A DNA stretch of 64,000 nucleotides. It comes from Amphibalanus amphitrite (taxonomy: Eukaryota). Under the pieces are notes generated by a model. It made no database searches. It saw nothing but the letters and a program-made list of their open reading frames with translations, and was not told the DNA's origin. Made by a program: the position numbers and the translations under genes. Each line of letters opens with the position of its first letter. Position 1 is the stretch's first letter. The stretch covers positions 544,406 through 608,405 of the forward strand of contig NW_024881729.1 of the NCBI RefSeq assembly GCF_019059575.1. Direction: 5' to 3'. Shown piece by piece: positions 46,519 to 58,908 of this stretch.

Positions 46519-47438
46519 TTAACCCTCGCCCGCACATGCCATTTTCCCATCCTAGAACGCACATGGGGGGGGGGGGGTGGTTGCCACCCCCCCGCGCCAT
46601 TTCGTTCCTGTTGGAGATAGAGCTTAGCAGTAAAGACCAAAAAGATTCTTTGGGAAGAGACGAATCCAATGATACCCAGTTATACCTTCTCAGGTCAGTC
46701 ATTGACCTTCCAGGTCAGGTCAAACTAAAAAATGTTGCTGTTTTGGGTCACCGTTGGATATCAAGTGTGCTGCTTATCAAATACCGATGACGATGCTGTT
46801 TTCTGGTGCCAAGCCAGCTAGAACCTCTTTGTCACACTACCCGACCAGAATTTTGCTGCTGAGGTCATTTCAGGTCAAGTTAGGTCAAGGTCAATTATAT
46901 GTGTTTGTATGTCTGTGTGTGTCTGTGTGTATACTGATGTGTGCACCGATTGTTTTTGGGTCCATATTACATAAAATCATGATCTGAGAAGCTTTTACCA
47001 AAAATGCAGTCAAAAAACTTCAAAAAAAGTAAATTCAGCTTGCCTAAAACGCAATTATCTTAGGTGACCTAGGTTGACCTTGACCCTGACCTTGACCCCT
47101 GTACATCGTCGAACAACATGTTCCATGATAGGTAGGAGGTAAGACTGGCAAAAAAGGCCGAAATCAGGGTGTCAAAAGCTCATAAGGCCCATGGCAAACG
47201 CAAGATGTTGAGAATTGGCCATTTGGGTCATGACATGACCTGAAAAACAAGGTCATATCTCCGAAACCAAAAATCACAGAAACTTGAAATTTTCAGTGGA
47301 CATCAAGAAAGAATAGAGGAGCAGCTATACCAAAAATCAGCCTTCTAGCTCTAAAAATGTTGAGTGCAGAGCAGAAAGACTACCTGGGGGGGGGGGGTGG
47401 CAACCACCCCCCCCCCCCCATGTGCGGGCGAGGGTTAA
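46519..47438. mobile_element. piggyBac-like nonautonomous element (about 920 bp) flanked by TTAA. TIR CCCTCGCCCGCACATG, with a subterminal G12-TGGTTGCCAC-C8 hairpin at each end and internal (GACCT/GGTCA)n tracts
   Basis: Left TTAA|CCCTCGCCCGCACATG.., right ..CATGTGCGGGCGAGGG|TTAA. The G-run/C-run hairpins are at 46561-46600 and 47386-47420. It lies in an intron of the 4-TM gene. Confidence 0.6.
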
Positions 47439-47571
47439 CCGGCACGGTCACCAAATAAAACCGTCTGACCCATTCTGAGCTTATATGAATAATACACGTT
47501 CACACCGAGAGAGTCAAATCAGTCCACCACTACCAACGCAACGATCCGCGATGCAGTATGTGTATACCCAC

Positions 47572-47759
47572 CAGTGAGTAGTACGTGTAGACGAGCCAGC
47601 CACCGAACACGAGCATCAGCAGCACGAACAGGAAGTTGTAGATGATCCACGGCAGCAGCATGAAGCGCAGCTCGCGCTTTACGCCCGACGACATCATCAG
47701 CGTGAGCGAGGCGAAAATCACAAAGTACAGGATAAGACCGAGGCCCCAGCCCAACGTCG
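47572..47759 (-). CDS. 4-TM protein, exon 3 (TLGWGLGLILYFVIFASLTLMMSSGVKRELRFMLLPWIIYNFLFVLLMLVFGGWLVYTYYSL)
   Basis: CCCACAG acceptor; CTG|GTGGGT donor. Two TM helices. Confidence 0.55.
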
Positions 47760-48045
47760 CTGTGGGTAGACAGACGGTCAGGTAAGAAACGGCTCAGAGA
47801 TAGCGATCGTGAGCTGACTGGTCATTTATTGACTGCATATTAACTACCTATCAAATAAGATAAGAGCAAACGAATCTTGAAAGTCGACAAGAACAGACGG
47901 AGGCGCGGTTGCCGAGACACAGCCAAGTCACAGAGTCAAACATATATAATAAAGACCCAAACTAAAAGCCAGTCGGCCTAGCCTCATCTATCCCGCCTCC
48001 GCTGCCGCCCAGCAATCCAGCCTCAGCCGCCGTCCCAGCACTCAC

Positions 48046-48154
48046 AGTTACTATATCCGCCGTTGTTGCTCTCGAAGAGCGGCAGGTAGAACTGGGACGA
48101 CTCTCCGCCGGCCATCTGGTAGATGACGAACACAATCGCCAGGATGTTCATCAC
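48046..48154 (-). CDS. 4-TM protein, exon 2 (VMNILAIVFVIYQMAGGESSQFYLPLFESNNGGYSN)
   Basis: CCCAG acceptor; T|GTGAGT donor, phase 1. Hydrophobic TM1. Confidence 0.55.
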
Positions 48155-48560
48155 CTGGGAACACAGACAGTGGACGGACGGTGTGAGACATGAAGCGAGC
48201 GGATCCACAGCATAGGCTGATAATGATAAAGTGAATAATTAAGTCATCACGGGGTATCGATGCACAACATCAGTACCTAAGTTATAAAAAAGAAGTCAGT
48301 CACATGGTGGCCATTGTCAGCCAAGGAATGAGCGGTAATCAACTACACATAAAATAGGTGACGCAGAAATAGTTTAGGATGGATAGAAGCAGGATAGTCA
48401 CGAATATTGAATAAATGCAGTTCTTCTGCTCATTGGGTACCTACCTGTATTAGTACCAAATAGCAATGCATAATTCATATTCAATGTACAAAGGACAATA
48501 TATTAAAAAAATGGATCACCAGAAGCTCCTAGACAGGAAACTAGTGCTCCAGACACTCAC

Positions 48561-48644
48561 CAAGCAGTATGCGGCCACAGCATGGCTTCCTTGTCTGGTG
48601 TTGTCATAAAACATCCAAGGACTCCAGCAGGACCGGATGATCAT
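48561..48644 (-). CDS. Small 4-TM membrane protein, exon 1 (MIIRSCWSPWMFYDNTRQGSHAVAAYCL)
   Basis: ATG (minus strand) at 48642-48644; TTG|GTGAGT donor. Confidence 0.5.
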
Positions 48645-49070
48645 TTTGCAGTCTCCTTTTCAATTCTGAAACAAAAGTTAACATTCAGCTACTGGGCATT
48701 GACAGGTAAAAATATTATACAATTCTCTAAATGGGCATTTCACATTCAGTCAGACTGACTGTCAACTAGTTTATCATTTGTCCCATAGATTAGGTAGGTA
48801 TATTGGATTACAAAACATTTGATCCACCTTAGCCTGTGGTGGAACTTGGAGCCTGGCCATAATGACGATTCCAAAACAACCCCAGTTTCTTCAGTGTTAA
48901 ATCTAAATACCTACATGAATAGCATGTGACCTCAACAAGGCTGGCCTGGTACACAGGGCCTGGTTGGTTGGTCTATTGTTAGGGTGAGTACATGCAGAAG
49001 CCAGGTGATGAAAGTGAAGGCTTCTGCATGATAATGCAACCTTTAACACGATAAATTGGACATGAAGCTA

Positions 49071-50422
49071 CAGGGTGTCCCAGAATTACCCGGACATTTA
49101 TTTTCTGGCTAAAAGTACGATTACGCTCGATTCTAATGATATACAAGCATCATACTTTTATAAGATATCCCTAAGCTATCAAGCTTGGGGACTGTGTGCT
49201 TTTGGTGGCCGGTAACAACTCGAGTCAAGTATTATCTAGAGTCAAGTAAGAGTAGTCCTTTTCCGTTTTCAGCTTAAGCCACTTATAGGCAACGATGGTC
49301 AATCAACTCCCGTTTTCAACTTTGTAAACGGACTTTCGGCATGGTTTTCGCTGGAGAGCTTCAGCAGCTCATCTGCAAGCAGTTAGGATTGAGCAAAGCG
49401 CAATTATATCAGCTAACGAAGCCAGAGAGAGCAAGAGATAAACCTGATTGACAAGCTTGGGCTCGGCCATAAAGGGCCATGCACCAGTTGTCAAACGGGT
49501 GGTTGCTTGTCATGGACAACAAACGTCACTGATCTAGCTAAAAACTAGCAAAACGATAGATCAGGATTATCTAAAGAACATCAGTCTACTTTCCACCACT
49601 ATCTTCGCAAAATTTTGGAATTTGGGGTCCCTCGCCTGAAAAAGATGCGAAAACTACGGGAAAAGCAGCGAAAATCACTACAATTCATCCCAAAAATATA
49701 ACATATACAACAAAAATTATATTGAAGCACACTTTGTGGTCTAACGAAGGTATTCTGTCATTTGAACCGCCCGAAAAAGGCTTGTGTGAACGTCAGATGG
49801 CTACAACGCCCCAACAGCAGAGACGGCCAGGCACCCGTCGAAAATCAAATTGTGAGACATTTTGAGCCACCGTGCACTCATTGGGCTTGATATGATGGCC
49901 CAACGACAGCCGTTAGCACAAAGTGCTACTGCGGTAATATTCTACCAGTAAAAAAACTGGATGCCGTAAACCAAATGGCCATGAACGGGTTTGTTTTGGA
50001 AATCAAATCTATTGGAAGCCAAAGGTCCCGCCATGTTCAGACATGGAGCTTCTCCACTTCAGATGTAAAAAACGCGGCAAAAGTGGTGTAGGCAGCAATT
50101 TTTGTTTTGGGGGATAAAGCCTTATGACCCGGGAACACTTTGATGTTAAGTTTATCTTATATGATCGTATTATCCTCCGGCAACAGGTCAAAGAAAACAG
50201 GCCTTCGCCCAGTTTCGGGAGAGCCGTAAAACAACTGAGACCAGCAATGGCTGGCATTTTCAATCATTGTCGGCTGATCTTGTAACAAGCGTATCTATTG
50301 CATGTGCTATTTCACAGCCACCCTAGTTGACTATATAGGACGACAAAAAGAAAAAAGCGCAATCATGTTTGCCTTATTTTATACGCTAATTAACAATGTC
50401 CGGGTAATTCTGGGACACCCTG
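49071..50422. mobile_element. Tc1/mariner-like nonautonomous element, copy 1 (1.35 kb), with a TA target-site duplication
   Basis: Perfect 28-bp TIR CAGGGTGTCCCAGAATTACCCGGACATT at both ends. Flanked by TA on both sides; no long ORF. Confidence 0.6.
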
Positions 50423-50436
50423 TAGATGACAATGTA

Positions 50437-51783
50437 CAGGGTGTCCCAGAATTGAGCGAACATTCATTTCCTGGCTAAAAGTACGATTGCGCTCGATTCT
50501 AATTAGATATACTTTTATAAGACATGCCTTAGCTATCGAGCTTGGAGACTGTGTGTTTTTGGTGACCGGTCACGACTCGAGTCAGTTATTATCCAGAGTC
50601 AGCAAAGACTAGTCCTTTTTCGTTTTCAGCCTCAGCAACCAAAAAAAAATTCATGGTGAATAATTCTGAAGTTCGTAAACGGACTTTCGGCATGGTTCTT
50701 GCTGCAGAGCTCCAGTAGCTCATTTGCAAGCAGGCAGGGGTGAGCAAACTGCAGTTATATCAGCGAGCGAAGCCAAAGAGAGCAAGAGATAAGCTGATCG
50801 TCAAGCCTGGGCCGCGACCAAAAAAGAGCATGCACCAGTCGTCAAGCGGGTGGTTGCCATGTCATGGACAACAAACGTCACCCATCTACCCAAAAACAAG
50901 CTAAACGACAGATCAGGGTTAGCTACGAAACATCAGTCTACTTTTGACCACTATCTTCGACAAAATTTTGGAATTTGGGGCCCCTCATCTGAAAAATATG
51001 CCAAAACTAACGGAAAGACAGCGCAAATCACTACAAAGCAGCCATAAATCATAACATATGCAACAAAAAAGTGAATGGAAACACACTTTGTGGTCCTACG
51101 AAGGTATTCTGCCCTTTGAAGCGACATAAAAAGTCGTGTGTGGACGTCAGATGGTGACAACGCCCCAACAGCGGAGACGGCCAGGAACTCGTCGAAAATC
51201 AAAGTGTGAGGCATTTTGAGCCACGGTGCACTCATTCAGCTTGATACGATGCCCCAAAGACGACCGTTAACACATATTGCTACTGCGGTAATATTCACGC
51301 ATTACAAAAACTGGTTGTCGTGAACTGAATGGCCATAAACGGGTTTGTTTTGGAAACCAAATCTGTTGGAAGCCAAAGGTCACGTCATGTTCAGGCATGG
51401 AGGCTCTCCACTTCAGATGTCAAAAAACAGCGCAACAGTGGTGTAGGCAGAGTTTTTGGTTTTGAGAGAAAATGCCTCATGGCCTGAGAACAGTTTGGAT
51501 GCAAAGTTAATTGAAAATATTTATAGTATCCACCGGCAAGAGGTCAATGAAAACCGTCTTACAACCAGTTTCGGGAGACCCGTAAAACGACTGAAGCCAT
51601 CATCGTCTGGCATTTAGCTACAATTGTCGGCTAATGTTGTAGCTAGCGTGTCTATTGCATGTGCCATTTCGAAGCTACCCTCACTGGCTATATCGGACGA
51701 TAAAAAGAAAAAAAAAACTGCAATTATTTTTCCCTTAACTTATGCACTGATTAACAGCGTTCGGTCAACTCTGGGACACGCTG
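50437..51783. mobile_element. Tc1/mariner-like nonautonomous element, copy 2, in tandem with copy 1 and more diverged
   Basis: Co-linear with copy 1 over its whole length. TIR CAGGGTGTCCCAGAATTGAGCGAACATT..CAGCGTGTCCCAGAGTTGACCGAACGCTG. Flanked by TA on both sides, separated from copy 1 by TAGATGACAATGTA. Confidence 0.55.
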
Positions 51784-52235
51784 TATGCATCACATGCCTC
51801 TACTCAGAGAATACATCTAGGAAAACTAAGAAAATAAAACCAACCTCAATGTGGCCTTGAATTTGGTCCCCAAAGCTTGGAAGATATCTAAGAGTGCTAA
51901 AAGACCAATAGCTTCCTGAGGGGACAGCAGACTGCAGTGTGCTCATGCTGTGTCCCAATGACCATTATCTTTGGCCATGTTGCACCAGCCACCATAACCT
52001 CGATAAGCACTGCACTGAGGTAAGGCTAGCACAGCTCCAAATAAGATATGCAACAGCTTCCTGACACAGCAGCAAAACTGCAGAGGCATCACATCATAAA
52101 TTAGGCATAGCCCCACCTCACTGACAGTCGTCAGGTAATACAATGTTGTGCATTATAGTCTGTGTACCTCTCGCTGCTGTTATATGCAACTTCAAGTAGG
52201 TAGGTTAGGTAGGTAAAGGCTTAAAATCATTTAAC

Positions 52236-53150
52236 AGCATGCAAATTTGATGCAAGCTCTTCGCCGACGACACGAAGATTTACCGTCGGATGGTGGGCAA
52301 CCGGGATGACGTGGGCCTGCAAGCCGATATCGATGCGCTTGGTGAGTGGTCTCGGAAATGGATGCTTCCGCTCAATGTCGCGAAATGCAAGGTAATGCAC
52401 ACTGGCCATCACCATCCAAACCTGACCTACACGCTGCACGGTACCCCGATTGAAGCGAGCGACGAGGAAAAGGACCTTGGGATCGTGATCGACAGCGACC
52501 TGAACTTCAAGAAACAGGCATCAGCGGCCGTGTCAAAAGCTCGTCAAACCCTGGCTGTACTGAGACGCTCTTTTGCGAACATCAACGAGTCCACGCTACC
52601 ATTGCTTTTTAATGCTATGGTCAGGCCGTTGTTGGAATACGGTAACACGATATGGGGACCATTCAGTACCTATAGGCAGCCAGAAGAGGCTGGAACGAGT
52701 TCAGCGCCGGGCGACCCGAATGGTCTCGTCCGTGAGACACTTGCCATATCGAGAAAGACTACATAGCCTCGGAATGCCTTCACTGTTCTGCCGCCGCCGC
52801 CGAAGAGATATGATCACCGCGTACCAGCTGTTGCACGGAGGCATGGCGCTGACACCGGAGAAGTTTCTGACATTGAACGAGTCTGACCGGACAAGAGGAC
52901 ACAGATGGAAGCTGGGCAAACCACATGCTAGAAAACTTGTGAGCAGAAACTCCTTTAGTATCAGAATAGTCAACGACTGGAACACACTTCCAGACTCTGT
53001 GGTGTCAGCGACGTCGGTGAACCAATTCAAGGCGCGACTGGACAAACTCTGGAAGAACAAGATGTATGACATCCCTTTACCCTAAGAGTCCAGTATGTAC
53101 ATCCTCACGAGCTTGATGAGAGCGGGATCCTCAGGCCAAGTGGCCTTCTT
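52236..53150 (+). mobile_element. 5'-truncated LINE fragment from the same or a related family as 26626-27600; frameshifted near 52690
   Basis: FADDTKIY, KCKVMHTG, LGIVIDSDLNFK, LERVQRRATRMVS..YRERL, and WNTLPDSVV..SVNQFKARLD. Flanked by (GGTAGGTA)-type microsatellites at 52196-52225 and 53166-53190. Confidence 0.7.
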
Positions 53151-55859
53151 TAACCCGAACACCTTGAAGGTAAGGTAGGTAAGGTAATTGTCAATGACAA
53201 GGCCACAGCCCACATCAGCGCAACCCACTTGCAACTGTTATAGTTAAGGTAAAACATCCAGCAAGGCTCATCGCCCAATAGGTAGGTAGGTACTGTAAAA
53301 AAGCAATGTTCACTCATAACCCATCTTGGTCTACATGAACAAACACACACAAACACACTTTTAGGTAAACACTTAAGACAATTTGAGCTTGGAAGAAAAA
53401 TATCCAGCAAAATATTCAAATAGTGCTTTATCCCCGGGCCGGCTTGGGCTGGCAGTTCAAAAAGCTTAGAAGTCCTGACTTCCTGAGGTAACTCAAGCAA
53501 TTGAAATTGAAATGTACACACTGATTTAAAAAAAAAAATAAGAAAAATTCCGAATTCCTTCTCTCGCTTTAGCCGTTGAACCCAAGTTGAACGAGTTGAA
53601 CCAAGGCCAACGGTATTGACGGGTATGTGGTAAGCGTCGCTGTTCAGAAGATAAAGTAGTAGCAACCTGTTGCCTAGCAGTTTGTTTGAATTGTAACATT
53701 TCTCGCATACAATTGGCTTAGAAGATACTTAGCGAATGCAATATAACTGCAAATCCTGTGAGCGAACATAATACGCCCTGCGCCATGAGCGTCTTTAGCA
53801 CGTTAAATGAAACTTTTAGGTAGGAGCTCAAGTGAGCCGGCGTCCTATTCCAACAACAACAACAACAACTCAAGTGAGCCATTCACGGTGACTATGAGCC
53901 ATTGAGCTGCCATTGAGCTAAAAAGAGGAGCAAAAAATCTCAGGCAAGGCCAATGGATTAGAAAGCAGTATAGAAATAATCATAAATTTAAAGTGAAGTG
54001 GCCTTGAGTGTAGTTATTGAGTGATGAACTGGTAGTATCAGTATAACCTTGTAGTTGGATTAGATTTGTTCAGTCAGTCTTAGCTCTGTTTGGTCGCTGT
54101 TTTTATATCAGCATGCTGTCAGCGTTCCCCATACAAGGAAATTATTGCTGGCGCTTCTTGGCCTCGTCTCATTAGTCATTGGTCTAACGAATAGACCACC
54201 GGCTGAATAAGTTGAATTCGACCAATGAGGAGCCAAGAAGTAGCAGCTAAGAACTAAGCTCCACCCACCGCATCCCTACGTCAGCCTTCCGTCACCACAC
54301 ACAGCAACCGCTGTGGTCGATCGGGACTGGCCACATGGAATCGTTCACCACACTGTGATGTCATAGCCACCTACCCATCCCCTAAACCCCACACCTGCTG
54401 CACACACCGGCCACTGCACTCAGCAGTTTGCGGTGCCCGTGAACAACCCTCTTGCTCATCACTCAGGCTGCCCAAGGTTAAGGAGTCAGCCTAGCATTTG
54501 TCAAGCATGGCTTGAACATCTCTGCAGAAGTTGCATTAGCCATTTTAGTGACCAGATGATCCATGTTGCCTTTGACATGTTTTGAGTGATGGACAGAATG
54601 CGCTGAAATTTTGGTGCAGCTTCTGGTGTAATTTTGCACAAAAATTCTGGCACATGGGTGGACAAAGAAATTTTGGCACTAGCCACTAACAGATGATATT
54701 AGAAATTTCTGTGCAAGATGGCAAGAACTTACCTTAGACCAACCTTAGCTCACTTCAATTGCTGCACTCTACTTTCAAATCATTAGCCCAGGTCAAGTAC
54801 TGATCGGTGACTGGGTCTGCCCCTGCCCAAGCCCCCTGGGTTTGCATTTGTGACAGCTGTCAGATGATTGGAGCTAAAATGCAGACTGGGCTGGTTGATC
54901 TTCAGGCTCCTAATTGCTGAAGTTGTGTCTGCAGCCATAGTAAACAGTCTATAAGTGGGGTTTCACAGGGCCCAAGAAGACTTGTCAAACTACTAGACCT
55001 AAGGTTCCTGTCCATGCCCTGTAATGTGGGGTGCAATTACATTAGGAGGAAGCTTGTTCGCTGAGTCGTCTGAAGATACATTCAGAAGTTTTGCATGCAG
55101 TTCAGTTTGATGATCAATGTTCAGTGCTCTGGATGATTGTCTATTATCCAGTGCTGTTGCTATGTCGAGTGATATTCCCGAGCTTTATGTCTTTTATGTC
55201 CTGGAATGAATGAGACAATACCGCCCTACGGGCTGCTCGCGAAAATGTCATGGTTTTATAAGTGCCATATCCATATCGCAGGCTCATGTCATCTCTCATT
55301 TCATTTTGGAAGTAGGTACAGGTCTCGCGGGTTTAACGGTAGGTTTTGCACCTAGAAAATTTAGTGTACTTCAGACTATATCTTCGTCGTTCTAAGCTTT
55401 TAAGTGTTGAAGATGCGATCGACTTGTTGGGTAACAAGCCGGCCATGATCGTGTAAAATGGCTTCATGGTAGATCGTTTAGTTTCTGAGATATAACCGGA
55501 AATGTAAAAGTGCAAAACCTACCGCTTAATCTCGCTAGAGCCGTACTTTGAGCCGTGACTATAGCGACAGAAAAACATTCTTGTCGGGAAAGCATTCTTG
55601 TTCAATGCTTTTTATCCAGTCTCTTTGTTATTTGTTATCTAACTTTTTAACGTTGGTGGCATAGATAAGCATGTGTAGGTGCGTGAATGGTAAAAAGGTA
55701 GACACAATATGACACGAATAAGCTTCAACTTTCGGCACGAATTGTGCTAAAATTTCTACGCAAAACCGCTTGCGCCGAATTTCGGCGCTTGAGGGTCCCT
55801 TAGGCGTCCGGCGTAGTGTATAGATTTTTCCAGTCTAGCTCAGTGGGAAGGCGGTCATT

Positions 55860-56400
55860 CAAAAATTTATTGATTGGACCAGGGGGTGTTCACGGGCACC
55901 GCAAACTGCTGAGGGCGGTGTGTGCGGTGTGTGCAGCAGGCGTGGGGGTAAGGGATGGGTAGGCGGTTCTGACGTCACGGCTGCGTTCGGTGGACGGTCC
56001 CCTGTGGCCGGTCCCGAGGGCTGTTCACGGGCCCTGTGTGCGATCGGACCGTACACAGCCTCCAAGCTCCGCCCACTGCGTCCCTGCATCAGCTTTCCGT
56101 CACCGCACACAGCGACCGCTGTGGCCGGTCAGGACTGGCCACAGCGGACTGTCACCGCACGCAGCCGTGACGTCAGAACAGAACCGCCTACCCATCCCCT
56201 ACCCCCACGCCTGCTGCACACACCGCACACACCTCCCTCAGCAGTTTGCAGTTCCCATGAACACCCCTCCGTGTTCCGACCGACCACAGCGGTCGCTGTG
56301 TGCGGTGACGGAGGGATGACGTAGGGACGCGGTGGGCGGAGTTTGGAGGCTGTGTACGATCCGACCGCACAGAGGACCCGTGAACAGCTCTCAGTAATAT
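55860..56400. repeat. Composite palindromic repeat (segments X-Y followed by rc(X)-rc(Y)); a related single copy lies at 54240-54470
   Basis: 55880-55980 is the reverse complement of 56160-56260, and 55990-56135 is the reverse complement of 56275-56400. 54250-54470 shares CCGTCACC(A/G)CACACAGC(A/G)ACCGCTGTGG..CTACCCATCCCCTA..CACCTGCTGCACACACCG. Confidence 0.6.
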
Positions 56401-57739
56401 GTATTATGTGCACTGCCAGATTCTGGAGTTTGCTGTTTGGTTTTCTATTGGTGACCCCTGGTCAACAATACCTACTGTTGGAATTGGATTAAATATAGTC
56501 AAATACAGAAAAGGTACTGTCAGTTGAGTGTGGCATTGGCTAGGTCTATTGTTAGCTGTCTTACCTATAGTCATACTATTACCACCATAAGCTGCCAACA
56601 CCTACTGTTTATAGTATACACACCCACCAGATGCCTCCTAAGCGTAGCTCATCTCATAACCAGCAACTCCATCCTGCTGGCCCATCTGGTGAGTCTCAGT
56701 CAGGGACCACTGGTACCAATGCTTGGAATATACCACGTGGGTAAGTTTATGATCGCATTCCTCACGGGCTTCCTGCACCTCCAGCTGCTTGATTTCACTT
56801 ATGGGCATCACCTTCACATGGCTGCAGACATGGGTGCTCTATGGTATAGGCTTGGTAGGACCCGAGCCGTACCAAATATTTCACAATTTTAACCTTATCC
56901 CCAGGGTGCTGCATGGTGAGAATGGCTTTTGTATCCTAAAGTTAACCATTAGAGCCCTATCCTAAAATTTCATCAATAAAGTGACGCCCGTGGCTGCAGA
57001 GCTGCTGCGATGCAGATAACTTTTGAGCACAGTGGCTTCAGTCATTTCATGTGCAGGGTCGTCATAAGGGACCGGTAGTCTGTTACATCGGGGAATCACG
57101 GCGAAAGCCTTTCCATCTTTTGGTCTAATAATAATTTCTACATTACACTCCAGACGCTTTGGTGGGACGCTGTTCACGTTCACGTTGAGTGCTCTGCCCC
57201 TCGGCGTGGGGAGATGCAACCGAGTTTGGCTTCCTGGGCAATATGGTTCGCACCTCGCAGCTTGATCGCTCTGCACTTTGGATCCGTGAACTGCCTAGTT
57301 AGTCCTGTATGCCATGCCACACGATTTTATTCGGTACGGACTTTGCTTTATCTTTGCGAGGGACGGTTGTGTGTGTCTGTAAGTGGGCTCATTGGTGTGT
57401 GTGTGGATGAATGTTTGCCATTTTTAAGAAGTGTGCTTTGCATTTATTTTAGCATGCATCTTTTATTCACGGTATGATTCTCAGATGAAAACGATTTTTT
57501 TTTTCGATGGTGCTGCACGACGAACTCACCCTTGTCAATTAATGTTGCGACTCTACTGTCCAGTGTCCATGCACATGTGTGTGTGTTTTTTTAACTTATG
57601 TTGCGTAGCTTTAGCTGTAAACTTCTTTCCTTATTGGCCAATGAATCACCCAGTATAATTGAGTTCATTTTTATTGGAAATGGGTGACAACCCATGCGTG
57701 TGATTTCATCTCACCTGTTTTGTTTGCAGGCTTCTAAGA

Positions 57740-57799
57740 ATGCCGCGAGGAAGACCGAGACAGTCTCAGAATGGGACCAGAGCCACGCAGGATGATGAC
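57740..57799 (+). CDS. NSMCE3: NSE3/MAGE-domain protein, exon 1 (MPRGRPRQSQNGTRATQDDD)
   Basis: ATG at 57740; GAC|GTGAGT donor. Confidence 0.6.
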
Positions 57800-58232
57800 G
57801 TGAGTGACGGTCGTCCCCAATACTGACTCACCGGGCATCCAACTGATTATCCGCTGACGACAGCTGGTGCGACAGTCTAATACTGACGGTCTTGTCCGTC
57901 CCTATCCCGTCTGTAACGGTCTATGTTATCTATATTATGGACGATGCCTCGGTCCCAATGGCCCAGGCACTGGGTGACCCAAGAGTGCGGCTATCGTTTC
58001 CCGTGTATAACCTGTGAAGGTAAATGATCCCGCTCCCTGTCAATAACCCCTATGTTCAAATCCGTTTCCCGTCTGTGACGCTTATGTACGCTTCTCGTTC
58101 CCCATACCTATGTAACGCTTTTGTGTGATTTCCGTTCCCCCACATATAACACCTATGTGTCACTCCCGTTCCCCGCCTGATAACCCGTTCACCGCCTGTA
58201 ACCCGTCTGTGCGACTCCCTCTCCGCCGCCAG

Positions 58233-58472
58233 GACGGGCCGCTGTCGCAGTCACTCTCGCAGTCGCAGTCGCAGACCCAGCGGCGCTCTCAGCGGCGCCT
58301 GTCTCCGGTCGAGGAGGAGCGGCTGGCCGCCCGCGTGGTGCGCTACGTGCTGGCGGCGCACGGCCGCGGCGAGCCGCTGCGCCGAGAGAAGGTGCGCCGC
58401 CTGGCGCTGGAGCCGCAGCACGGCGGCTACGTGAACCAGGTGCTGCAGGCGGCCGACGTCAAACTGAGAGAC
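58233..58472 (+). CDS. NSMCE3: NSMCE3-like, exon 2 (..RRLSPVEEERLAARVVRYVLAAHGRGEPLRREKVRRLALEPQHGGYVNQVLQAADVKLRD)
   Basis: CGCCAG acceptor and GTGAGT donor. This is the start of the MAGE homology domain. Confidence 0.75.
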
Positions 58473-58565
58473 GTGAGTGGGGCGGCGTGTGTCCTCTCTG
58501 GGCCGACCGGGTAGGGAACTGAGCTAACTGGGGGGAGCGGATGAGGCGTAATAGATTGGGATTTA

Positions 58566-58608
58566 TGCCTGTGTGTCATCCCTTTCTCTCTCTCTCTCTC
58601 TCCCCCCC

Positions 58609-58681
<73 letters not shown>

Positions 58682-58688
58682 CCCCTCC

Positions 58689-58719
<31 letters not shown>

Positions 58720-58740
58720 CTCCCTTCGGCCCTCCCCACT
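58566..58740. repeat. (TC)n/(CT)n microsatellite of about 170 bp in NSMCE3 intron 2
   Basis: Visible run of ctctctct with occasional c or t insertions. Confidence 0.95.
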
Positions 58741-58908
58741 TCGCTTTCTCACTGTAGGCACATGTTGGTACGCTTCCCGTTGCTACCAGTGTTCGTTCTC
58801 CCTAACTAAATGTAAGTCTTATCCGACATCACTGGACCCTTCGCTGGTTTATCCAGCTGAGCTACCCCTCCCTCCCCGCCGTGCTAACTCTAACATCGTC
58901 ATCCCCAG

